In this document: positions 1-13,100 of the stretch, piece by piece
Layout: the number at the start of each line of letters is the position of its first letter
Numbering within the stretch: the stretch's first letter is position 1
Origin: Styela clava
Lineage: Eukaryota
Assembly: GCF_964204865.1 (NCBI RefSeq)
Contig: NC_135256.1
Coordinates: 14,694,001-14,758,000, forward strand
DNA length: 64,000 nucleotides
Direction: 5' to 3'
Program-made: the position numbers and the translations under genes
Notes under the pieces: generated by a model
Database searches by the model: none
Seen by the model: only the letters and a program-made list of their open reading frames with translations
Told to the model about the DNA's origin: nothing

Positions 1-618
1 AGACACAAGAATGGAATAGTATACTATATATCACGATATATTCGCCGTCATTTTATTATTAAGTGTTGATGATTATCGTTAATTTAGTATTAGTATTAAT
101 GAGGAAGTTCCATTTTTCTAATAATTGTACGGCTGGTTATCTCAAATCAGTGGTTTTTTTTTTAGCGATAACCCAATGACACATCCCCGAGAATAGATTT
201 GAATAGATATATGAATAGATTTGGTATCATAAGATATGCCAATCAAAAAATGTGTAAAGACGATTTGACGGGAACGCCTGAAGTTCCTTTAGGGAACAAT
301 AGTGAAACACACTTATTTTCATAATTATATTATATCCGTATATTTTTATGATATTTAAACAATATATATACATACAATAATATTGGCAGTCGGATTTTAA
401 TGTAAACTTGCGGAAACGCTGTACTGTACTGTCGGAACCCCTGGGTTCCAAGAAACACTCGTTCAAAACAACTGCTTCAGACAATCTTCCTACAAGAGTT
501 AATACAAAAAGAAATATTATTTTTGTAGGAAACGGAATATTTTAGTTTCTGCAAAGCCCACCCGTCAAGTTTATTTCGCTCAGGGCGAGGTAGTGGAGGC
601 GCAGTTCTTACCATTTCA

Positions 619-685
619 TGGCAGCTCATGCCACGAACGAACCGTGGCAGCTCATGCCACGAACGAACCGTGGCAGCTCTTGCCA
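619..685. repeat. 26-bp tandem repeat (~2.6 units), each with an internal hairpin
   Basis: tggcagctcatgccacgaacgaaccg starting at 619, 645 and 671; tggca...tgcca inverted arms. Confidence 0.85.
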
Positions 686-784
686 TGGTATAGCGCTATT
701 TGGTCTTCAGTAATCAGTATTAATGATATATTCACAAATTAATGTACCAGATTTTAATTGATCATGTGGAATTATATCTACTTA

Positions 785-801
785 AACCCTAACCCTAACC
801 C
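785..801. repeat. Short interstitial (CCCTAA)n
   Basis: aaccctaaccctaaccc, lying between GC-rich palindromic blocks 590-690 and 880-1035; probably inside a mobile element. Confidence 0.6.
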
Positions 802-1166
802 CAAATCCATCAAAACTGTATTCATTAGAAAAACGTTCCAACTTACCCAATATTTGTCACCATAAGGGACAGTCCTATCTTTACGGCTCACCTGCCGCGG
901 TTACGGCAGCAAAATTTTACCTGCCATTGGTTTTCAATTTGCTGCCGCGGTAACGGAAGCTCGACATTGGTTTGTGGCATTGCGGCCATGGTATGGAAAT
1001 ACCGCCATGGTTTTGCGGCAGCTGCAGACGCCACAGAATACTTAAAACTGCACTTGAGGTAGTGGGTATTGAACCTGGGGCCTTCCGAATCAACAACAAC
1101 AACGTTGTGGCTCACACGAGCAAATCATTAGGTCATCATTACAATTTGAAATCCTATTCGATTTAG

Positions 1167-4100
1167 TAACATCTTGTGACTTTCCTGGAAATCCACGTCA
1201 TGGTAATACGCTTCCTACGCAATCGTCCTACGATATTAATGAATTTGTGGAGTATGTATGTCATCCTGGATACAAGAGAGTTGGAGTCCAATTCTCTATC
1301 TGCCAACCAAGTGGCAAATTTTCAAAGAGTTTCCCCGAATGTAAAAGTGAGTGCCATCGCTCTCATCCAACCGCATGATGCAAATAAATAATTAATATGC
1401 TTGATAATACATCCAGTTGCGCGCTTTGCAGTGATGCTCATTTTCATCTTACTTTTTCAATTCATTTTTCATAGCATAATGGCATCATATATTCTACGAG
1501 ACATACCAGGTCACTAACTAATTGGCATTGCTTTAGTTAATATCATTTAGAAATATAATTGTTTGAAAAATTGTCATCTAATAGAAAGCTCTTCAATCAT
1601 TCTTGCAAATATTATCCAGTCAAAGTTATTCGTTCGATTAAAACCACGTTTTCAAGCGCTGATTAAATACTATTGAAACAAAAGATAAAACGTAGTTATT
1701 ACTATTCAACATATTTCGTATAAAATCGTATTAGAACATTGGAAAACAAATCACGTTATTTGGTGAGATATTCTTGGAATAAGGCTAGACTTTTGTAATC
1801 TTTGTCCTTATTTCATTTTGAGTTAAGTTTCTCAATAATTTTTTGAAGCCTAATATTCCTTAAACTAAACTTTTCTTCCATCATCATAAGAAAGACTCCA
1901 GTGATACCCAGTATGCATGCAAGCTCGCTTTATCATCACGAACATCATTATTGTGTGTAGTACTGTAAATTGATATGTATGGCTAATTTTAGAACAATAT
2001 AATAAATATTCTAATCAGGAATAACGACATGTCAATTTCCCGGAAATCCGACAAATGGTCAAACTCGACCAGGCAAGCCCATCTATGATGTTGGCCAAAG
2101 CGTGATTTTCTTATGTCGAGATGGATTTGAAAGAGATGGTGCAGAGGCAGCCACGTGCCTGGATACAGGAAGTTTCTCCGAAAATGTACCAACTTGCAAA
2201 AGTATGTTTTTATAGATGTCGATATACGGACAGCAAATAATTAAAATATTCTCATTTTGACTTGTTATTTGTTGCATTATATGCTTTATTTAAAATGTTT
2301 TTATAATGTATCGCTGTACTGAACAATGTTTATGTGTTTTAGCACATTACCGAAATATACATGTTTGTCTTCAGAATCCTGTAACTTCCCTGGTTTACCA
2401 AATAACGGCAATACGACGCCTATAAGACTGACCTACGAAGTTGACGATGTTATTATATTTTCTTGTACTTCTGGATATGAAATTGAAGGTGCCGAATCAG
2501 CAACTTGTCAAGCCAGCGGAGAATTTTCAAAGGAAGTTCCTGAATGCAAGAGTAAGAGAACTATCATAAATACATATATTTGTTTTTCTGAATTTGAAAA
2601 AAGTTCGAAACGCGTGGTAAACATTAAGGGATTTTTTCCCACTTCAAGCCACAAAAAACTCTTTGGGAATGTCAACAACAAAATATATAGTCGTGTTCAA
2701 GGTTCTCAAAATTTTTATGCATTAAAAGTCGTTTTGTGGTGAAATTTCGCCGCAGGAAATCCCCGCATAGGAAAAATCGCAAGAGCATTTTGCTTTAAAA
2801 CAAGTACTTGTTTTAAATTGTGATAAAAATGTGATGTATTTGTGATAAAAACAGTTGGGTTCAGAGGGTTAGAGTATTCTCTAAATAACGAATCTTTTTT
2901 AAATAGGGCGATTTTTCCCATGCGGCGAAATTTCCTACGGCGAATTTTCCTAGAACCGGCATTTATACTATGTGTGGTAGTAGCATTTGCTGATGCACAA
3001 CTTATATATCTAAAATCATTGTTACAGAGATAGTAAAATGCAGCAAACCTCAACTTCCTTCTGATGGAAGTCTTATGATTGCATCAACATTTAAAGAATT
3101 ATATGAGATCGGAGAAACAATCATATTTGAATGTAAATCAGGTTACATTCTGATTGGTAGATCACGTTCAACATGCTCTGAAGCTGGAGTATTTAAGCCA
3201 GGCACGCCCGCATGTGAAGGTTAGTACATCTGTTTGAAAAAAGTCGACGAGTTATTATATTATGACCTAACAGACTTCGACTTTTCTCAGTTGTTCCTAC
3301 ATGTGATGAACCCGACTCGCTTGAAAATGGAAAGTTGCTGAGTGATAAATCCCCAGGAAGCAAGTACTCAGAGGGAGAAGTGGTTGGATTTGAATGCAAT
3401 GAAGGATATGTCCTAGAAGGCGCTAAAAGATCGATTTGCGCTAAAGTCGGTGGTAGACTTGAATTCCAACCATCGAATCGGTTTTGTCGAGGTAAATTTC
3501 GTAGTCATACATTGCATCACTGATAAAATCATTGTTCTAGCGCCTAATAGATTTCAGATATTTTTGGCACCATCTAGCATTTGAGGATCTTTGGTCGCGA
3601 TATTGACAATTCGAGTATGTCGTAAGATTGAAGATTGGTCATGGCAAAATCAAAACCAAACACGTATTATATATGAAAATGTCACGTTGTCAAAATCAAT
3701 CTTATTTTCCATATTCAGAAAGAACATGCTTTCCGCCTCGAAGTCCAGATAACGGTAGAATCATCAATCCCAAAGATGAGGACAGCGAATATACCCTTGG
3801 AGTTAAAGTTATTTTTGCATGCAACGAAAAATATACATTAGTGGGAGAACGCGTGTCAACTTGTTCACAAATAAATGGCAAACTTGATTACAGACCTCCT
3901 CCACCGACTTGTGAAAGTAAGTAAATCTTAAATTGGTATTATGGAACCGTTGCAATGCCGCAAACGTGTTTATTGTACTCAGTTAAAGATCATACAATCA
4001 TGTTTTAATCAATTATTAATCGATCATCTATTAGGTTTTATTCTGTGATCTTCTGTTTACATCTATCTATAACAAACCGGGAAGAATTTTTTTTGGCTCT

Positions 4101-7100
4101 CTTGAAGTATGCGCATCAAGATGTCGCACAACCTGAACCCTAACCTGGTACACAACCTGAGTTCAGATTGTGCGCCATCTTGGTGCGCATACTTCAGGAG
4201 GTCCCAATTAGCTAAATAATTTTGAAAGTAAATGATTCTCTATTGATAATAACTGAACTTTGAATTGGTGTTTTATACGAAACGAATATTGTAATTTCAA
4301 ATTGAGCAAAGGGCAAAGAAATGCATTTAATATATGTTCAAAGCTCGGAGAGGAGTCTTATACGACTTTAAGACAATGTGATTATACACTTATTACATCC
4401 ACTAAAATGTCATAATATACTAGCTTTCTTTCTTTCACAAGGAAAAACGTGTTCTGCACCACCTGAGTCCGTATCAAGAACATACGTACCTACAAAGTCA
4501 CTACTTGATGTCGGAGATGTTGTATCATTTTACTGCATCAACGGATTTTTGTTGTTTGGTGAACAAAACGTAACCTGCGTTGATCAGGATCAATTTTCGA
4601 GTGAATTTCCGACGTGTGAAAGTAGGTTGACCTCTATTATAAAGTAACTTTATAAAGCTCCTAGACTATACTGCATTTATAAACCGGTGCATGGTTTTGG
4701 TCGTAAAATGAGGTCGAGAATAAGTAAGATACCAATCGGATATCTATATTTGTCAAACTTAAATGCTCCTATCATATTTTTCCTTGTTTTATTTAAGGAG
4801 TACGTTGTTCAAGACCTGAACGCCCAGAATTTGGTAAAATCAAACCGTTCCGTGGTAACTATGGCATTGGTGATACCGTTACGTTCAGTTGCAGGGAAGG
4901 TTACAAAATATCTGGAAGCGAAACCGCGACCTGCACATTGGTTGCTGGGAGGAGAGCTTCGTTTTCACCGGAGTCTCCATCTTGTCAACGTAAGACCAGT
5001 TTGTTATTTGAAATACGGTACTAAATGCTTTTTGATGCTATAGAATTATTTCAACTATTCGGTAATTTTTTTTGGTTTAATTAAATCGTTATTTTTAATT
5101 ATAAATTAGTATATCCTATTTTCTTACCGAGGGAAGCATTTCACGGTAACTGACAAATGATGAGAGAGATGCTCCATCGGCATTGTGACAAAAGAGAGCT
5201 ATGCTTAAGTATATGGACACAGACACCCAATACTACCACGACAATACAGACTATAATGGTCTGTTAGCTGATCACTCGAATGCTTCAAAATAACTTCCAA
5301 ATTGAATAATATTTGTAATATTCAAAATATACGCTACTATTCAGTAATGCCATACATATTTCATTTGTATAATAGGACAAACATGCCGCAAGCCGAACAT
5401 TCCCTTGAGTGGGTCTTTGTCTCCCGATCGAGATTCATACTACGTTGGAGACAGAGTCGCCTTCTTATGTGACGATGGTTACAAATTAAAAGGAGTTTCC
5501 AGTATTGTTTGTGAAGACCAAGATGTTTTCTCTGATGAAGAACCCGAATGTGAAGGTTCGTAAAAAAATAATTCAATTTTTTATTTTGTGTAATATCAAG
5601 AAAACATTATATCGTAACAAATTTTTCATTACGTAATTGTGACGGTGGTTTATGTTGTTTGCGATTATTAACACGTTGCCCTTTTAAATTTTGTAGTTAA
5701 TTCATTTATTTTACAATATTAACTTATTTATACGCCAAAAAAATTTACTTCGAATAATTGTGGCGTGCTGTGGCGCAATTAGACAACATACTGAAGTATT
5801 AGCCAATTGTCAAAAATGTCAATAACACTATTTTAGTCATAAACACTTTCTCTCTAATTAAATTGAAATGTCCTCAAGGCAACAAACAATGTGTTTAGCA
5901 CATGTTTGAAAATTTATTATTAGCAGGTTGTCAGACAACATTTTTAATTATTGTTTTGTAATGTTCGTAATCATAAAATCCTATTCTGCAAATAATAAGT
6001 AGCAATTTGAATGACATTTCTCGGTATATCAAAATACAAATCTTTATTATTCATCATTCATCATTCGTCATTCATATTCAAAATGCTCACACAGTCTGCC
6101 GTAAATAAACCGAATTTGTCTTACAAACTGATCATCTTGCTTACGAATCAAAATAGTCAGTTTCTCTACTTGATCACTTGAAAGAGATTTTAAAGCATTT
6201 GCTATTTTGTATTCTGAAATGATGTTAAACCTGAACGGAAATTATGTGATGAAACTAAACATCTCAGTTTACCATATAGTATCAATCGGTCAGTAATTCT
6301 CTGTTCTAATAATTACCTGTTCAGCCATAACGTGCGAAAGACCAGGTGAGCCCGATAACGGCTATATTAGAGAATCCAACCGATTATTCCGGTATGAAGA
6401 GGAAGTTACATACGCTTGTGATGCTGGATATAATCTTGAAGGTAGTGAGACACGCACTTGTCAGGAAAATGGGAAGTTTTCTTCAAGAATGCCACGGTGT
6501 GCTGGTGAGCGACATTATTTCAAAATTTAAATTGATGTAGGTATATCGTTGTTGGGTTGCTACTTCAGACATAACTAGAAAAGTTTAAAAATGTCATGCA
6601 TTTCTGGTAATTGTAATGTTGTATGAAAGATTCAAACACATGATTTCATTTTTAATACTTCCATTAAAGTGACCAACCTCACCTTGGAATTAATTTACGA
6701 CAATCTGGAATTATCAAAAGCAGGTTTGCAGTTTCAAATCATGCGCCAATGAGTATTTTTCAATTTTACGAAATTACCGAACCATTCGCTGTCCCAAGGG
6801 CGTTCACGTAATCAACAGTCAGTTACGACCTCCTTTACCTCATCGATTTGCCTAGATTTGTTAACTGATAACGTATGATAATAAGTGACTAGATCCGGTC
6901 AGGAGGGCGAACTTGCAACAGAATATGATCTGCTTGCTGAAATTCAAATCTATATCTTCTCAATATTTCAGAAATTCGTTGTAAGATACCTTTGTTCTTA
7001 CGAAACGGAGAGGTATCTGCAAGCGGGAAGTCGTATATCACCTACAGAGAAACTGTTAGTTATTCTTGTGAAATTGGGTACAATCTTGTCGGGGCCGATA

Positions 7101-10100
7101 CTGCTTCGTGCGAAGAAGATGGTAGTCTAACAGAAATAATCCCCACTTGCGAAGGTAGATAGCGTTTTTCAGTGTGAATTAATTTTCTCAGCTCCCTTTC
7201 ATTTTCTTTCATGAATATATATTTATTTTTAGCCATTATTTGTGACGCCCTTCCGAGGTCGTTTGTATACTCTGTCAGTCCTCTTAGAACAAGATATTCC
7301 GTTGGAGACGTGATAACAATCGAATGCGCTGAAGGATACCGTTCGTTCGGCTCTTCTACGAGTGAATGTTTGCAAACTGGAGAATTTTCAGTTACTGACC
7401 CGAAATGCGAAGGTAAGAAATATGTTTAGTCCCAAACAACCCAATTTTATATTATACGCGAATTATCTTTGGGCAATCAATCACCATATGCAGCCGTAGC
7501 AACATTTTCCACACAGCAGATTGTAACATTTCTGGTATTGCAATGCACTCACTTGCGTAACATATGTTATTAGACTCTCACAACATAGAGACTGTCTGAT
7601 TGTTAGTCATTAATAAATATTAGAATTGTTGTGTGCTTTATTTGTACCTTTTGTCCATTTTCCTCTTTGAATCCTTGTAAGTAATTGTAGTAGAGGAAAT
7701 TCAGAAAAAAAAAACGTTCACTTTTAAAATTTCCGTAGGGATGAACGAGATAATCAAGGTTGCAAAAAAATCATTTGAAACATAAATACTATTAAACAGA
7801 TTTAACAATCTGTGATCACAAATCCAACCACAAATCACCATGACTACGGTTTTAGTTTAATCTAAAAAATCATTGGCTATCTTGCTCATGATATAAAACT
7901 TATAGCCTTATACAATAATAAACAATGGTACTTTTTCAAGACTTCCATATTTTATATAAAAAAGAATAAATTAGAATGATTTAAATTGATGAAATAATTG
8001 AAAAAAAATAAAAATAAAAATCTCCTGCTATTCTGTTTCAGCCATCACATGCTCTTTCCCTGGATCTATCTTGAACGGCAAAGTTTCTCCAGAAAAATCG
8101 CAATACAGGTTTGGTGATCGAGTGCTCTACTTCTGTAGTTCAGGATACAATCTTGTCGGTCAATCTTCATCAACGTGTGGAGGAGTGGGTGTTTTTGAAG
8201 GATCAGTTCCTTTATGTGAACGTAAGTACTTTCAATTATTCTTGTATTGAATCTTGATTGTGCAGCCTCATTGGCTAATTTCCATAAATAAATATTAAAT
8301 TAGCTATACCAAAAGAAGGAAAATAGTGCAAATAATGGAAGTATTTACGTGACCGCGATAACCCTTTGGGGAATCTGTCAAAAAAAATATACCGAAATCG
8401 TCACAGTCTCTTTTTGGATTTAAAATGGCGATGAAGCTTTGAGCTAATCATAGTAATATCATTCGAAATTATACATCGGTCCTACCCTTAAAATAGATTC
8501 CATTTTTCAGCGTTTACATGTCCGAGTCTAGGCATTCTTCGTTTTGGAACGATTCAACCGGTGAAGGAAAACTACAAAGTCGGAGACACAATTACATTTT
8601 TGTGTAGATCAGGATATGAACTCGAGGGATCTACATCCTCTAGATGTCTACTGGGAGGTTCATTTTCTGAACAACTACCTCAGTGTACAAGTAAGATATT
8701 TCAAAAACCTCAAAATGCATTAGTAAAAACACGGCAAAATGTTGATACAGATTTACGCTAGAGTTCATATTCATGCTAGTTTTATGATACACACTCCAAT
8801 TTTAGTAAACTTATGTAACTCAGGAAACATGCATTATATGCAGTATGAGATACCAGATTTGTTATTTGCTACTTAGTGTAAGATTTGAATTTTGGTATTT
8901 GTACTGGATATTTTAACATGATATGACATTTCATATTATATTTTAAATTTTATTCGTCGGACTTCAGAAACCAAGTGTTCACTTCAAGAAGTTATAGAAT
9001 TTGGAATAATTTTCCCACTGAAGAAAGAATATTCTGTGAACGAGAGAGTTACATTCAGCTGTGAATACGGTTACGAACTCAAAGGAGAATCTGTATCTGT
9101 ATGCGGTACGGATGGGGAATTTTCAGACGCAGTTCCAAGATGCATCGGTATGAATTAAAAACTCCAGGAGAAATGTTAAGCATTGAGTTGCATATTTAAA
9201 ACGCTCAACGTATGTGGAGAAATATTATAGCCAAATTTTTCTGGCAGGTTAAATCAGACATCACCGATGCTTCTGTCCTTTCAGATTAGCTAACCAATCG
9301 TAACCTCTTTAGTGTCTACTTTACTGTCCATGAAAATTTTGTCTATCATAAAATTTTCTCCATGAATTGTTTTGAAACTAAAAACCTACTTTTGTAATAA
9401 AGTGCAACGACTTATTGCCGTAATCAGATTTTTTTCATTTAATTAAATTATTCGTACGTTTTGCACGTATGACAAAATATTGGGTCAAAACGCAATAAAA
9501 AACATTCCTGTATTATAGCAATCAAATGTCGTAACCCTGGAAGTCCTAAATACGGTTCAATTTCGCCTGATCGTCCAACTTATGGCATTGGTGAAGATAT
9601 CACATTCAATTGCAAAGAAGGATATCTATTGAGAGGAGCGAGTGTTGCATCTTGTGTTGACGAAAATGTGTTTTCTGCAGCCGTTCCAACCTGCGAAGGT
9701 ATGAATTCGATTTGTCATTGAATTTCTTGAAAGTAATCACATATTTAGGGCATCCAGGTAGCTTATGATTGAGCATCAATCATGTATTTTTATATTGACG
9801 TGAATTATTCGCTATCTTATAAAAAAACTCAGATGTAAGAGTGAATATATATTATTTTGTATGATGTATTATTTATTTAACAGAAATTGGATGCAGTTTC
9901 CCGGGTAATCCCGATAACGGATTTACGAATCCCGTACAATCTACTTACCCGGTTGGATCACGAGTGGATTTTGAATGTAGATCTGGATACATGCTCGAAG
10001 GAAAAGATTCTACACGTTGCGAAAAAGGAGGAAGTTTTGCGGATTCTCTACCAACTTGTGAAGGTATACTCTTTTATGCTAAAACCTATTCACATGATTA

Positions 10101-13100
10101 TTATATGTTATTCATTTATAATTGTTATGGTGAAATAATAATGATAGTTAATTTTACAATAAAATCTTAAAAAACATCAGGCATATGGCAGAAAACAAAA
10201 TTTATTTCAGTTGTTCATTTCCTTTTTCGTTTGACATAATCTACTCAACTTCGTAGGTCATGTAAAGCGTGGGGTATGGTGGGAAAGACAGTGAGACTGT
10301 ATTAATACATTGGTTATTTCAGAAATTACATGTGAAAATCCTGGAGTCCCAAGGTTCGGAGAAATATTTCCAGATCGTTCAAGTTATACACTTGGACAAA
10401 CTGTATCTTTCAGTTGTTCAGAAGGATACAAATTGGAAGGAGAATATTCAATTGATTGCGAAGAAGATGGAAAATTTTCAGATTCCATTCCAACTTGCAA
10501 AGGTACTCGGCAATACAAATTTAATTGCAATTTCATTATACAATATATATAGGTATATATTATTAAGTGATCCTGCTGTAAAATTATTGAATTTCCACAA
10601 TGTAGTCACCATGTATGTGAAAAAATGTTGCTGTGGAACCAGTATGGATCCCGAACGTTTTCCCGTTTTGCACTCAATAAATATATATATTATTTTTATT
10701 TTCAGAAATCACATGCAAATTTCCTGGAAAACCGGACAACGGTAACACCACACCTAGAAGATCATCTTATTCTGTTAATGACGAAGTAACATTTGAATGT
10801 GAAGAAGGATATGAATTGATAGGACTTGAATCAAGTCGGTGTACAGGCAGCGGAAGATTCACTGGCTTTGTACCCACATGTAAACGTAAGTTAATATGCA
10901 TTAGCATAGGGTCATATAGAAATGATTCACCAGTATTGCAAATAATTTTTTTTTATTTGGATTGTTTTCAGTTGCCGTGTGCAACAATCCTGGTTCACCA
11001 AAATTTGGGTCGGTGTCACCAAATCGACCTAAATATGCAGTGGGAGATATCGTTTCTTTCTCTTGTGATATTGGATACCTTATTGACGGGATAACAACAA
11101 CGATTTGCCAAGACAACGGTAAATTTTCGGATGGAGTGCCGAGTTGCCAAGGTAAATTGCCTCTAATAAGCATGCGAGAGCAAATTAAACATGGAGTAAC
11201 TGTAGTCACTTTTATAAGAACGATTGGGAAAGAGTAACAATACAATCCTATCAAAACTAGTTGCTTCGTAGGTCTTATTCAAATATCTGAATGTTGAAAC
11301 AATTTTTCGTGATAAAAATTGTCAATAGAAATTATATATATATATACTACTACTATCAACTTTCTAATAACACAGAGGTCACTTGCTCATTTCCCGGTAA
11401 TCCGATGAATGGTGTGACATCGCCCACACGATTTTCGTATGATGTTGGAGCCGTAATTAAATTTGAATGCGAAGAAGGATTCACAATTTCAGGAACGGAT
11501 TCCGCACGCTGCTTAGAATCTGGCGCTTTTTCGTCTGCTCTTCCATCATGTAACGGTAAGTTTGAATTCAAATGATATATTGATGTAGTCATTGGCACTT
11601 ATATTTTCATACAGATACAAAAATTTTCATTTATTATTCAGAGATTACATGTGGGAATCCAGGAAGCCCATCTTCTGGATCTATTAAGCCAAATTCTCCT
11701 ACTTATAACGTTGATCAACGTGTCACGTTTGAATGTGACGATGGCTACGAATTGGAAGGAACTAAATCATCTGTGTGTGAGACGAGTGGTCGATTTTCGG
11801 ATTCAGTACCAACATGCGAAAGTATATAAATACGTAGTATTTTTTGTCTGAATTTTAAAACACGTAACATAACCCATGCGAGGGCCTAATACATTTCCAA
11901 ATAAACTGTACATTGTACAGCCACTCACATTGTATATCAGGCCATCGGATGCTAGGGCAGTTTAAGTAACTTGATAGAACATACGGTATTTTTTAATGTA
12001 TTCCTTAATTACAGGAATTTCCTGCAGCTTCCCAGGAAACCCAGTTGATGGATTCACATCTCCAACCCGATCATTTTATTCTATCGGAGAGGAAATTACA
12101 TTCGAATGCAAAGAAGGTTTCGCTCTTACGGGAGCACAATCTGCAAAATGTCAAGATGATAAAACTTTTTCGAAAAATCTGCCAACTTGTAGAAGTAAGG
12201 ATTGACCAGACTTCATATATAGGAAAAGTACTTACGTTGTTTCTTCTGTGAATCTTTTTGAATCAAACAAATTTTCTTTTCTAGGAAGCACTTGCAACTA
12301 CCCAGGCAGGCCAAGTTCGGGATATACTAACCCAAATCTCCCTATATATAATATTGGAGATGAAGTTTCCTATTCCTGCAGAAGAGGATTTCGTATTGTT
12401 GGTACATCGGTATCCACGTGTGGTAAAGATGGTCAATTCGACAATGCTGTACCTTCCTGCAAGCGTAAGTGGACTTCGCTTTTATATGGTTTCACTGGAG
12501 TGACTCGAATAATGTTCTGAAATTACATAAATTTTCCACCTGCACTATAGTGGTCGACGTCTATCGCTATTGGTTAACAATAAAAAAATTAATTCCAGGT
12601 GCCACATGTAGCTTTCCAGGAAATCCCGATGACGGTGATACCATTCCTACCAGAGAAACATATACTTTCAGGCAAAGAGTAACGTTTTCGTGTCGAGAAG
12701 GTTACACAATTGTAGGAGCTATATCTGCTTTTTGTCAAGTGTCTGGAAAATTTTCGGAGGAACTACCGTCATGTCAACGTAAGTGCAAATAACTATATAG
12801 AACCCTTTACAATTCCAACAGAGTGACTTTAGTCGTTTATAGCTATAGTTTTGATTGTTGGTAAAACCGCAACAGAGATTACAGAATAAAGGAATAAAGG
12901 ACAGTATTTTTTAAGTAATTACTGCCATTATATGCGTCATATTTTGCTTAAGAAGTAGAGCCTACGCAATATAATATAATTATACATAATTTCGGTTAAT
13001 TTACGCTGTAATTTCAAAGCAGTTTATGGCACTTGAAGTGTTTTTTAATTTCATCTCACCAAAATTTAACATGTTTTCTTATCATGCAGGTGTAATATGT

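Noticed and set aside
785-801. True telomere or chromosome fusion site
   Set aside because: Fewer than three units, internal, and similar cores occur in local MITEs.
1055-1130. tRNA gene on the minus strand
   Set aside because: Only a B-box/T-arm-like motif is present; I could not fold a cloverleaf or find an A-box.
10269-11598. Longer alternative-frame and antisense ORFs (10269-10745, 10901-11254, 11356-11598 and similar)
   Set aside because: Shadows of CCP exons plus intron read-through; no coherent domain or splice structure.
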